Below, one piece after another: positions 17,585 to 26,292 of a stretch of DNA of 64,000 nt. Made by a program: the position numbers and the translations under genes. Under the pieces are notes generated by a model, which saw only the letters and a list, made by a program, of their open reading frames with translations, had not been told where the DNA came from and searched no databases. This DNA comes from a virus (Duplodnaviria; Caudoviricetes): positions 192,001-256,000 of IMG/VR virus record IMGVR_UViG_3300037721_000031, one strand, 5' to 3'. Every line of letters starts with the position of its first letter. The first letter of the stretch is position 1.

Positions 17585-18202
17585 TCAGAGAATAATATCT
17601 GGATTCTTATTGACCTCTTGACCGAGATGAATATCTACGTACATCTCTTTCTCTTCTACAGAAAGGATAGGTTCATCATCCCGGCCAGTATTGATCAGAA
17701 GCTCTTTTGAAGAAAGCAATTGATCTACTGTGATTGTTGCAACGCCAGATACAGTACCATCACCGATAAAGGATTCGGCTTTTGCATTCTTTTGGAAAGC
17801 TTCAGTAACATCGTCTCCATCACAATTGTCTGCTTGCTTAAAGCCAGAACCATAACCAGGGACATCCATGAAATGATGGGGAACTTGCCGATACTTAAAG
17901 CCGTTTTTATCTACGATCTTTACATCTTCGAAGATCTCATTCAGCTCAGAACGAAGATTGAGATCATAAACAGTACCGAGATAGAATCCTTCTTGACGGT
18001 CGAATTGGATAAATACGTGACGAATGTCACCAACTATATTTACCAACTTAGTCTCAGCAATCAGCGCTTTCGCAGCATCATCTGACATCCTGACAGAGAC
18101 GCGATCATCACACATTGTCTCCACACTACATTCACCGATGACTTGGTTATCACGAATGAGTAGTGCGGGACGACCAACATACTTAATCGCAGGATAATTC
18201 AT
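17585..18202 (-). CDS. RDNQVIGEC-family protein 1
   Basis: Family of four (17585, 18261, 33375, 45563). Confidence 0.8.
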   Translation of the reverse strand: MNYPAIKYVGRPALLIRDNQVIGECSVETMCDDRVSVRMSDDAAKALIAETKLVNIVGDIRHVFIQFDRQEGFYLGTVYDLNLRSELNEIFEDVKIVDKNGFKYRQVPHHFMDVPGYGSGFKQADNCDGDDVTEAFQKNAKAESFIGDGTVSGVATITVDQLLSSKELLINTGRDDEPILSVEEKEMYVDIHLGQEVNKNPDIIL

Positions 18203-18260
18203 TTCAGCTCCTATAAAAGACGGTTGTGTAAATAGGTCGGATTACGTAATTGGTAACGGC

Positions 18261-18632
18261 CTAAGAAAAGAAAGACCTATAACCTTCAACATCTTTAAAC
18301 CAATGCGGACAAGTTCCCATTTCAAAATTATTCTTATCAACAATCCGCACACCGTTAAAGATACCATTCATTTCTTTTAGTTCTTGACCCTGAAGTGCAC
18401 ATCCAACGTACTCACCAGTAATCGTGCCAAAATGAGGACGAATGTATTCAGCATCTGCGAGTCTTTTCATCACTTCGCTATTGGAGATCAAAGTCTTCGC
18501 GCGATCATCAGTCATTTTTACGACAGCGCGAGCACAATTATCTACCATATAACAAACAAAGCATTCCCCAATAACCTTGTTATCACGAACAAGCAGAGCA
18601 GGTACTTCAGCTGCATTAACTGCATAAGACAT
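18261..18632 (-). CDS. RDNQVIGEC-family protein 2
   Basis: PALLVRDNKVIGEC; M.DD.AK.LI; IRP.F; IVDK..F; P..FKDV.GY. Confidence 0.8.
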   Translation of the reverse strand: MSYAVNAAEVPALLVRDNKVIGECFVCYMVDNCARAVVKMTDDRAKTLISNSEVMKRLADAEYIRPHFGTITGEYVGCALQGQELKEMNGIFNGVRIVDKNNFEMGTCPHWFKDVEGYRSFFS

Positions 18633-18658
18633 ATCTAACTCCTTTGAAACGCGACTGA

Positions 18659-19030
18659 TTAATAATTATCATATCTGGGCGCAAGTTCAGCTAAAACACC
18701 AGATGTCAGCTGAGTCTTGGAGAGATCATCCCACATTTCTTTCAATTCTTTCGGACCTGTCGGATGTGACGAATGGATGATGACTTTCTGGACCTTATTT
18801 AAATCAAGGTGACCGTCAAGATGTTGTCGACGCAACCACATTATGAATCTCTTCGTGGTCGGGTACATGTCGCCGAGATGATAATCGAGCATCATGACGC
18901 TGGGAATGCCTAGCAAACTCACTAGATCAATCGCTTGCTGAGAACTACGTGCAATCCTCACATCTTCAGATCTGTGGCATTCGTCAGTTGGATTTCTGAC
19001 ATCATCAAGGAAAAGAGTATATGAGATCAT
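18659..19030 (-). CDS. Cyclic-phosphate-processing receiver (cREC)-like domain protein
   Basis: LFLDDVRNP, IARSSQQAI, MMLDYHLG, IIHSSHPTG. Confidence 0.75.
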   Translation of the reverse strand: MISYTLFLDDVRNPTDECHRSEDVRIARSSQQAIDLVSLLGIPSVMMLDYHLGDMYPTTKRFIMWLRRQHLDGHLDLNKVQKVIIHSSHPTGPKELKEMWDDLSKTQLTSGVLAELAPRYDNY

Positions 19031-19035
19031 GTCGT

Positions 19036-19239
19036 TTAGTCGTAGAAACGAGTGTCGTCAATGATCCGTTCTGCGAGGTTGCTCGCTTCTTCTATCGTGA
19101 TCTCTTCATTCGGATCACGACCACTTACTGCATTAGAACAGTAAGTGGTTACGCCTTTTTCTTTCAGGACACTCTTGGCATTCGCGATTGCAGCAGCCAC
19201 AGTAGTGTTCTTGAGAGTCTTTTCACGATGGGTGAACAT
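19036..19239 (-). CDS. Hypothetical protein
   Basis: 67-aa ORF, AAGGA upstream. Confidence 0.65.
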   Translation of the reverse strand: MFTHREKTLKNTTVAAAIANAKSVLKEKGVTTYCSNAVSGRDPNEEITIEEASNLAERIIDDTRFYD

Positions 19240-19317
19240 GATGATTCCTTTGTGAGATGAATGATTAATGATGGTGGAAGATCAATCTATTTATGAAACT
19301 TCCATCATCAGTTAGTT

Positions 19318-19647
19318 TTAAATACCAGCGTCTTCTCGTGTTTCGTATCTCCGAACTGAATCAGTGGAGTTAGGAATTACAAATGCTGTAAACTCACGTC
19401 CTCTACCAGTCTTGGAGTCACCTTCCATGATCTGCTGTTTAGCAGCATCGATGAATGAAGTGTTTGCAAAACCAAGAGTGATAATAAGCTCCTTTGTACC
19501 CCAGATGTGCGCGACGATGTTAGTTACATACTTACCGCCACCATGCTTTCCAGAGCACTCCTTATAGTCATACCCAAGACTGACCACTTCATTACAACGA
19601 GCGCAACAGAGTAACTTCATGATATCAGTTCCTTTAGAATGACTCAA
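19318..19647 (-). CDS. Putative Zn-binding hypothetical protein
   Basis: MKLLCCARC...KEC..KHGGG. Confidence 0.65.
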   Translation of the reverse strand: MSHSKGTDIMKLLCCARCNEVVSLGYDYKECSGKHGGGKYVTNIVAHIWGTKELIITLGFANTSFIDAAKQQIMEGDSKTGRGREFTAFVIPNSTDSVRRYETREDAGI

Positions 19648-19653
19648 CCTATG

Positions 19654-19947
19654 TCACAGTGGGGCACGCCCCCAAGCGCAACGAGTTCCTTTTCGATCTA
19701 AACGACTACCGCATTGTGGCGGCTTGAACTTAATTACTGTTTCTGCATTGTTTCTATTAGTTGTTGCGACACATCCAGTACTAACGATGAGTCCGTACAC
19801 CGTGTTCTGACCAAGTGGAAATGCATCTGCTTTTATGCCAGTGCAATGAGACATATCTTCAAAGCCAGTGATGTATCGAGTCACAGGTATCTGATCTGAG
19901 CCTGGTTGACCCACTAAGAATACTACAATAAGCATAATCTCTGTCAT
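19654..19947 (-). CDS. Small exported/membrane-anchored protein, paralogue of 19983..20315
   Basis: IMLIVVFLV hydrophobic start, Cys pair about 24 aa apart. Confidence 0.65.
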   Translation of the reverse strand: MTEIMLIVVFLVGQPGSDQIPVTRYITGFEDMSHCTGIKADAFPLGQNTVYGLIVSTGCVATTNRNNAETVIKFKPPQCGSRLDRKGTRCAWGRAPL

Positions 19948-19982
19948 GATTACTTCTCCGTTATAACGATTGATGGGAAGTC

Positions 19983-20315
19983 TCAGTATTTTCTTTTATT
20001 TATTTTTGATTTGATAGCATCTTCAACAGAGAAATCCTGAAGCTGAGACATTCCTGATGTGCCTGAGGCATCTATACATACTGTTCCAATAACAGTACGA
20101 TTACCAACCAGGTACGGCTTGTCAGTAAGTAACTTAGCCGACTTATAACACGAATCAAGAGTCTGTCCACGAATGAAGTACGTTTCCGGTTTCTGTACTT
20201 CACCAGTACCGACTGTAATGGACGAGAGTACAATAACAATCAGCATGATAGATGATTCCAATTCAACTCTCCTAGATACTTCACAAGTTAATGAGGATTT
20301 GTAACTTATATACAT
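19983..20315 (-). CDS. Small exported/membrane-anchored protein (start probably at internal MLIV)
   Basis: IMLIVIVLSSI, Cys pair DSC...TVC. Confidence 0.6.
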   Translation of the reverse strand: MYISYKSSLTCEVSRRVELESSIMLIVIVLSSITVGTGEVQKPETYFIRGQTLDSCYKSAKLLTDKPYLVGNRTVIGTVCIDASGTSGMSQLQDFSVEDAIKSKINKRKY

Positions 20316-20365
20316 TTTCTTTTACTTAATAGTTAATACTTTTTAAACTATTAAGTAAAAGAAAA
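20315..20365. repeat. 20-bp AT-rich inverted repeat in divergent intergenic region
   Basis: ttttcttttacttaatagtt-N11-aactattaagtaaaagaaaa. Confidence 0.75.
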
Positions 20366-20400
20366 ATATGTAATCGTGAACATAAAAGCACATCCTGCCT

Positions 20401-20433
20401 TTATTTCAGATTTGTTATATGTGTCTGAAATAA
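20401..20433 (-). promoter_or_regulatory. Early-promoter-like motif copy 3 (perfect 10-bp flanking inverted repeat)
   Basis: ttatttcaga-tttgttatatgtg-tctgaaataa; minus strand TTTCAG-ACACATATAAC. Confidence 0.65.
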
Positions 20434-20508
20434 TCTGTGTTTAAAATAAGAATAAATATTAAATAATAATCTTTTCTTATGTAGCTTCCAATTATCCAAG
20501 AGAACAAG

Positions 20509-22593
20509 ATGTCAATACTTAAACGCCTATTCAACGTTATTTACGCCCAAGAGAACGAGACTAGCATTACATTGCGAGGTATGCGAGTAGCGCCGTTAGC
20601 TCAGGATATCATGGGTACATGGGGAACAAGCAAAATCGAAGCGCATATGTTCACCAGATTCAGAAGCTCTGAGATTTCTTTCCCTAAGTTCTTCGCGCCA
20701 GACTTTCATTACATGCTCGGTGCCATTAGAGATAAGTACCGGTATAGAAGAACTAATAAGAGTGTTATTAACCGTGCATTAGAAGAGCTTGAACAATTTA
20801 CATGGTTAAAGAAGCTTACCGAGTCTACTGCAAAAATACTTGATCGTAGTAAGTTAAATTTATTCAAGTTAACACCCTTGAAGCATCAGCTTGATTTCTT
20901 TGACATCTATGAAGATCGAGTACAACGTTACGGCCTAACAGGTTACTTGTTATCCGCTATAGCTGGTAGCGGTAAAACTCTGATGAACCTTATGCTGGCT
21001 GAAATGCTTGGAGCCGATCTAGTTGTACTAGTGGTGCCGAAGAATTCAGTACATAAAGTCTGGTCTCGTCATTTAAAGGAAGAGTATAAGACTCCTCAAG
21101 ATCACTGGATAGTAGCTGATGGTAAGCAGTACAATAAAGAACGTTTTGTCATCACTCACTACGAAGCGTTAGATAAAGCATTACCTGAAATAAAGCGTGC
21201 TGGTAAAAGTAATGTTGTGGTTATTCTAGACGAAAGTCACAACATGAATGAGTCTGAGTCATTACGTACTCAGACATTTGTTGAACTGTGTCGTACTACA
21301 AAATCTAAGAATGTAATATGGGCCTCAGGTACACCAATTAAAGCATTGGGATATGAATCTATTCCACTACTGCGTACAATAGATCCTTTGTTTACACCTG
21401 ATGTTGAGGAACGTTATAAAAAGATTTTTGGACGCAATGCTAAACGAGCATTAGATATCCTTCGTAACCGTATGGGTATGATCTCTTTTAAAGTAGAGAA
21501 GTCTGAAGTAATGGATAATAAGCCAACTTCCAGAACAATTAAAGTAAAGATACCGAATGGTAGCGATTACACGTTAGATACAGTACGTCGTGAAATGAGT
21601 ACTTTTATAACTCAACGTTTAAAGTACTACAAAGATAACTTCAAGAAATATGAGGGTATCTACAATGAGGGTATTTCTGATTTCAAGAAGACGTTAGAAA
21701 CAAAAGAAGATAAAGACGATTTTGATACTTATAAAGAATACATCAAGACTATTCGTTCCGGCTATGATCCTAAGACAATGCAAGCTGAAGTAAAGTACTG
21801 TAACATCTACGAACAACGTAAGATACTCCCGACTCTAGTAAGAACTTTACGTGCAGACTTTAAGAATGCTAGATCGGTAGTAAAGTATGCTGATCTTAAA
21901 GTTTTAGGTGAGGCATTGGGTGGTATTCTTGGACGTAAACGGGCTAAGTGTCACGTAGACATGATTCCTCACATGACGCTTCCAGAGATTGTAGAAAGTG
22001 CAGTTAAGAAGACTGTGATCTTTACAAGCTATGTTGAAGTAGTTAATGGGATTGATGAGTTCCTAAAGAAACAAAAACTAAAACCAGTACTTGTATATGG
22101 CGACACAACTCACGACTTAGCTGGACTTGTTACTAAGTTCGAGAAAGACGATACTGTTAATCCATTAATAGCCACGTATCAATCTCTGTCCACTGCAGTA
22201 CCATTGATCATGGCTAATGTAGCTGTGTTTGTAAACACTCCGTTTAGAGATCATGAGTTGACTCAAGCAAAAGCACGGATAGATAGACTAGGTCAAGATA
22301 CTCCTGTAGAGTTTGTGTTTATAGAGTTAGATACTGGTGAAGAGCCAAATGTTTCTACTCGTTCACGCGATATCATGGAGTGGAGTCGCGAACAGGTAAC
22401 AATGATTCTTGGTAAGAGTTATTCTGACGACGTTATTGGTGCAGCTGTTGCAGTTGAATCTATTAATGACGAAACATTACCTGACTATAGATCGATATCG
22501 TTAGCAATGGAATATTATAACGATTGTGGCTGTGAAGATCTATCTACAGCTGAAGAGCTTCCAGAAGACATCGATACGGATATTACATTATGA
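20509..22593 (+). CDS. SNF2/SF2 DExH helicase, phiKZ-type, probably virion-associated
   Basis: AGSGKT, LDESH, WASGTP, QAKARIDRLGQ; acidic C-tail with A-X-E sites. Confidence 0.9.
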   Translation: MSILKRLFNVIYAQENETSITLRGMRVAPLAQDIMGTWGTSKIEAHMFTRFRSSEISFPKFFAPDFHYMLGAIRDKYRYRRTNKSVINRALEELEQFTWLKKLTESTAKILDRSKLNLFKLTPLKHQLDFFDIYEDRVQRYGLTGYLLSAIAGSGKTLMNLMLAEMLGADLVVLVVPKNSVHKVWSRHLKEEYKTPQDHWIVADGKQYNKERFVITHYEALDKALPEIKRAGKSNVVVILDESHNMNESESLRTQTFVELCRTTKSKNVIWASGTPIKALGYESIPLLRTIDPLFTPDVEERYKKIFGRNAKRALDILRNRMGMISFKVEKSEVMDNKPTSRTIKVKIPNGSDYTLDTVRREMSTFITQRLKYYKDNFKKYEGIYNEGISDFKKTLETKEDKDDFDTYKEYIKTIRSGYDPKTMQAEVKYCNIYEQRKILPTLVRTLRADFKNARSVVKYADLKVLGEALGGILGRKRAKCHVDMIPHMTLPEIVESAVKKTVIFTSYVEVVNGIDEFLKKQKLKPVLVYGDTTHDLAGLVTKFEKDDTVNPLIATYQSLSTAVPLIMANVAVFVNTPFRDHELTQAKARIDRLGQDTPVEFVFIELDTGEEPNVSTRSRDIMEWSREQVTMILGKSYSDDVIGAAVAVESINDETLPDYRSISLAMEYYNDCGCEDLSTAEELPEDIDTDITL

Positions 22594-23072
22594 TTTCAAA
22601 ATTACTTTACCACGGCTCTACTTATAAGCAGGATGAGTTAATGCCTGGCTATATGCATTCTGGTGAATTGGTTAGGTGGGATAAGACTGAATCTAATAAA
22701 TATCTGTACGCTACGACTCAAAGAGAAAAAGCTATAGAACTAGGATTCGCTTCCGCAGTAGATAAAAAGTATAGGATGGATAGATTTAGCTCCGATAATA
22801 ATACTTTTAGCTTTATTATTGATGAGAAGAAATTACCATCTAAAAGCGAGTTAGAAAAGCTTGATGTTTACTTATACGAGATCGAGTTTGATCAAGGTAG
22901 TGGATGGATTAAAAACCATAATCAGCATAATGGCTTAACGACTGAGTATAAAACTAATGAAGTTATTAAGCCAGAGTTAATTAACCGTTGTATTAAGATA
23001 GATTTAAGAGGTTGGTTAAAGAATAAAGAAATTTTAATAGCTTCACCAAGACCTTCTTACCTTGAATGGTGA
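22590..23072 (+). CDS. ADP-ribosyltransferase-like protein (Arr/H-Y-E class), paralogue B
   Basis: LYHGS, YLYAT, VYLYEI, TEYKT; ATGA overlap with the helicase. Confidence 0.6.
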   Translation: MISKLLYHGSTYKQDELMPGYMHSGELVRWDKTESNKYLYATTQREKAIELGFASAVDKKYRMDRFSSDNNTFSFIIDEKKLPSKSELEKLDVYLYEIEFDQGSGWIKNHNQHNGLTTEYKTNEVIKPELINRCIKIDLRGWLKNKEILIASPRPSYLEW

Positions 23073-23128
23073 ATAGATACATATTTACATTTAAGACACA
23101 TTCTATACTTAACCACTAGGTGCTAACT

Positions 23129-23284
23129 ATGTTTCTTCCATTTACATTTGCAGTGAACGTTCTTAACTTTTGGATGACCGGTTCACAAAAGAGTGTTTCT
23201 GAAACTAGAGATATTCTGACTGTTCAGCTGCAGAAAAACTTCAGCACGTGGAATGCTTTTAAGAAGTCGTATAACATTCAGTAA
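23129..23284 (+). CDS. Small protein, 51 aa (MFLPFTFAVNVLNFWMTGS...)
   Basis: Hand translation; AGGTG RBS-like upstream; ends at the poly-A/terminator. Confidence 0.55.
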   Translation: MFLPFTFAVNVLNFWMTGSQKSVSETRDILTVQLQKNFSTWNAFKKSYNIQ

Positions 23285-23303
23285 AAAAAAAAATAACAGC
23301 ATA

Positions 23304-23331
23304 CAGAGCTAGGACAATTGTCCTAGCTCTG
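23304..23331. terminator. Perfect 28-bp palindromic bidirectional terminator at convergent junction
   Basis: cagagctaggacaa|ttgtcctagctctg; A11 tract on the left. Confidence 0.85.
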
Positions 23332-23332
23332 A

Positions 23333-23863
23333 TTATGCCGCAACAAGGAACGAGCTCATCCTGAACTTATAGTTCCATAAAGCATGTTTTGAAGTAAAGC
23401 CTTGCTCTCTTAACTTTAGACGTAGAGCATCACTCCATGTTCTCACTTCTTCTGGCGAGTTACACCATTCGTGAGTAATGTATTCCTCATCAACAAAGAT
23501 ACCTAATCTGTTATAGAACTGAAAAGACTCACGGTCTTTATTTCCAAGAAATGCGTAACAGTCATTATTATCACGTGCTGATTTCTTAATAACCTCAAGC
23601 ACTAATCTCTCACCGATTTTATTTCCACGGTGATCTGGTCTAACATAAGTACCGATTCTACCATTATGTTCTAGAACACAGACACCAATATCATTTCCAT
23701 TAATATCGGTTGCTAGAGAGACTACTGCTTTAGTTTTCTCATTCTCAATAACTACGTCCCATAACGTAACGCGTAACGTACCGTCATTTCCGTTATGTAA
23801 AGAGGCTGACAATGCTCTTTCAGCGTTAGACTTTGCATTATCAGCTTGTACAAAAACATTCAT
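23333..23863 (-). CDS. GNAT-family acetyltransferase
   Basis: Motif A YVRPDHRGNKIGERLV; later FQFYNRLG. Confidence 0.75.
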   Translation of the reverse strand: MNVFVQADNAKSNAERALSASLHNGNDGTLRVTLWDVVIENEKTKAVVSLATDINGNDIGVCVLEHNGRIGTYVRPDHRGNKIGERLVLEVIKKSARDNNDCYAFLGNKDRESFQFYNRLGIFVDEEYITHEWCNSPEEVRTWSDALRLKLREQGFTSKHALWNYKFRMSSFLVAA

Positions 23864-23896
23864 CTCCGCTTCCTTAAAGATTTTCTGCGGGCTGTA

Positions 23897-24310
23897 TCAA
23901 ATCAGCTTACTGATATAGCTTTTACGCTTTTCAATATGCAGTTTGAATTGTCGCCAAAAATCTTGCTTCCCTTCAAACTGCACAAACCTTGGATGACTCA
24001 TGTCAAAGCATTCTTTCAAGTGCTTAGCAGCATTCTCGTGACCTGTAATTTCTTCAACCGACATGTTCACCATCGAAAGCTGCTTTTCCTGAGAGTGTCC
24101 GGAAATCAACGCAGACAGTACGTTCTCATTCAGCTTATCGAATGCTGTCAATCGATTATCATTGAGCTGAGGAAGTGGCATGGTAGCATCATTAGGTTCG
24201 TGGTCAGGGAAGAAGGCAGAATAACGTTTCTTTCCAACCATCAAAAGTGTATTCGACTCAACTCCACCATTTAGCATTTCGTTCATGATCCTAATCCTTT
24301 TATAAGACAA
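23897..24310 (-). CDS. Hypothetical protein, paralogue of 24527..24859
   Basis: Shared LPQ.N...N...L..L....S...Q..M..S and C-terminal E.RKSYI.KL. Confidence 0.7.
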   Translation of the reverse strand: MSYKRIRIMNEMLNGGVESNTLLMVGKKRYSAFFPDHEPNDATMPLPQLNDNRLTAFDKLNENVLSALISGHSQEKQLSMVNMSVEEITGHENAAKHLKECFDMSHPRFVQFEGKQDFWRQFKLHIEKRKSYISKLI

Positions 24311-24320
24311 GTAAAGAGAA

Positions 24321-24524
24321 CTACCTGGGCTTCACGCAAGACAATGGACTACGTTTCCATTGTGCTTTACGTTTAACTTTATCATGATCTCTTTTGGGAG
24401 GCATCTTAAGAGCCTCAACCCATCTACCAAGAAATCCAGTATACTCGTTTGAGTAAGTTATTGTACCATCTGAATTCATGATAGATGCTATCGACCCAAC
24501 ATGACGTCTTTGATGAAAAGACAT
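24321..24524 (-). CDS. Small basic hypothetical protein
   Basis: 67 aa, K/R-rich tail. Confidence 0.6.
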   Translation of the reverse strand: MSFHQRRHVGSIASIMNSDGTITYSNEYTGFLGRWVEALKMPPKRDHDKVKRKAQWKRSPLSCVKPR

Positions 24525-24526
24525 AG

Positions 24527-24859
24527 TTAGTCCTCCGTGACAGGCGTAAGTTTATGAATGTAACTTTTCCGTCTTTCCATTAGCACTTTTAACTTCGACA
24601 GTCTTTCTTTACTAGACAATAAATGAATAGTCATTCTGTCATCTGGACCTCTTTTAGCTGCTATCCTATCCATACTCATTTCTAGCTTATGGATGTTTTC
24701 AGAGGACATTCTCATATACTCAATCTGCTCTTTATACGAGAAATCTCTTAACAGCATGAATAAGTCACACTCATTTACACTGTCATTTCCAAATAGATTT
24801 GGATTATTAAACTGAGGTAAAAGCCAATCATCATCTAAAGAGTCTTTTTCAGGTGTCAC
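24527..24859 (-). CDS. Hypothetical protein, paralogue of 23897..24310
   Basis: ERRKSYIHKL tail. Confidence 0.7.
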   Translation of the reverse strand: MTPEKDSLDDDWLLPQFNNPNLFGNDSVNECDLFMLLRDFSYKEQIEYMRMSSENIHKLEMSMDRIAAKRGPDDRMTIHLLSSKERLSKLKVLMERRKSYIHKLTPVTED

Positions 24860-24879
24860 GATAATTCCTAGCTGTGTAT

Positions 24880-25077
24880 TCAGTGACGCGGTTTCGACAC
24901 ATACTTATATTCGAATGTCTCAACTGAACGAGTCGGATCGGTACGACGACGATAAACTGTAGTAAACCATACCCAGTCTCCATAAATACAGACTGGGTAC
25001 CAGGCAAACCATTTATGCCAAGCAGTCCTAAGCATGAAATTAGCTCCTTCAAAATTTCTTACGGTAGTCGTAACCAT
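24880..25077 (-). CDS. Trp-rich small protein, paralogue of 25049..25318
   Basis: W.KWFAW.PV...G.W.W....RRR. Confidence 0.7.
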   Translation of the reverse strand: MVTTTVRNFEGANFMLRTAWHKWFAWYPVCIYGDWVWFTTVYRRRTDPTRSVETFEYKYVSKPRH

Positions 25078-25318
25078 TTTTCATTGTTGTGCTACCGCAA
25101 AAGCCAATAAACGTCATAAAACCATGGCTCCAATGAGAAGTGAAGGATACGTATCTTCGTCTTTCAATTACTTTTAACCATGTCCACTTACCGCCGACGA
25201 GTTTTACAGGATGCCAAGCGAACCATTTATTCCATACATGTGAATACATTTTTTTGCATCTTTCTCTATTTATATCTATTAATTCGACGCGATTGTAACG
25301 ATATCTTGGCTTTAACAC
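25049..25318 (-). CDS. Trp-rich small protein, paralogue of 24880..25077
   Basis: WNKWFAWHPVKLVGGKWTWLKVIERRR. Confidence 0.7.
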   Translation of the reverse strand: MLKPRYRYNRVELIDINRERCKKMYSHVWNKWFAWHPVKLVGGKWTWLKVIERRRYVSFTSHWSHGFMTFIGFCGSTTMKNGYDYRKKF

Positions 25319-25481
25319 GCTTCTGAGTCTTACTCATTCTCTTCTTATTGCCTGTCCGTGTTCTTCCATTAGATTGTGTCCAAATGCTAGGAAAACTCCC
25401 AGATACCTGTTGGTAAGCACCTGTAACTGACGATGTATCAACATACTTAGAAAGACTTGCACGTTCAACACTTTGTAGCAT
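25266..25481 (-). CDS. Small basic hypothetical protein
   Basis: 71 aa, very basic C-terminus, GGAG upstream. Confidence 0.55.
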   Translation of the reverse strand: MLQSVERASLSKYVDTSSVTGAYQQVSGSFPSIWTQSNGRTRTGNKKRMSKTQKRVKAKISLQSRRINRYK

Positions 25482-25538
25482 TTTAAACTCCGTTGTGAAA
25501 AGTAGATTAAAAGTTCACCTCTAATCTACATGAAACAC

Positions 25539-25712
25539 TTACTTACGCTTTAATCCAGCTCTTTGTTTATGCTTACTTGGACGATGTGGCTTGAGGATAA
25601 CTCCCGACATACCTAACCAATGAGGATGTGTCTTACCGACAATGATGGGATATCCCTCACTATTACTTAGCTTGGGATGATCCGGAACACTCAATGTTTT
25701 ATTTTTAGGCAT
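25539..25712 (-). CDS. Small basic protein, 57 aa (MPKNKTLSV...)
   Basis: Hand translation; fills otherwise empty gap. Confidence 0.5.
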   Translation of the reverse strand: MPKNKTLSVPDHPKLSNSEGYPIIVGKTHPHWLGMSGVILKPHRPSKHKQRAGLKRK

Positions 25713-25719
25713 GTTGATT

Positions 25720-26292
25720 CTACTGTAGGTTAGCTGGGTTTTCCATGATCACCTCTAGCTTCAGATGTGGCATACAAACTGTTTCAGTCTCAACAGTATC
25801 GTCGAGAAAGAAAGCGGTGATGGTCGGAAGCGGATTACCGAGCTGGACGTGTTTCCTTTGATTCCAGCTCATCCAGTCACGAAATGCTTTTTGTTTATTC
25901 CAGAAATCATTGATATCCATCCTACTGACGGAATCCTTAGAGATAAAGTTATTTACGTCAGCAAGAACCTCACGTACATGCTCCATGTGAGGGACAATCG
26001 TAAACTTACATCCAAGTGCTTTCTCGAGAAACGGTTGGACATGTTCCTGGAATTTAAACAAATCAGCGTCGTCATCGATAGCGAAAGAGAAAACACTGAC
26101 TGTGTCTGGACTGAACTCTTCGATAACTCTCTTTACTAAGTCGATGTTGATGAAGTCCACATCCTGCCAGCTACCGAGACATGGTGTGATGACTGTATCC
26201 TCAAGGTCAAGAAACAAATGTTTACCATCACCAAGCAGCATACTTTTGAGAACACTGCTAAAACCAAGAGCCGATTGCATGATTAACTCCAA
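25720..26292 (-). CDS. HAD-superfamily-like protein
   Basis: LFLDLEDTV (motif I, DxE variant), VFSFA (motif II), K, FFLDD (motif IV). Confidence 0.6.
   Translation of the reverse strand: MELIMQSALGFSSVLKSMLLGDGKHLFLDLEDTVITPCLGSWQDVDFINIDLVKRVIEEFSPDTVSVFSFAIDDDADLFKFQEHVQPFLEKALGCKFTIVPHMEHVREVLADVNNFISKDSVSRMDINDFWNKQKAFRDWMSWNQRKHVQLGNPLPTITAFFLDDTVETETVCMPHLKLEVIMENPANLQ

Noticed and set aside
13169-18632. Diversity-generating retroelement behind the paralogue arrays
   Set aside because: Copies are diverged at all bases, with no adenine-specific TR/VR pair and no reverse transcriptase in the window
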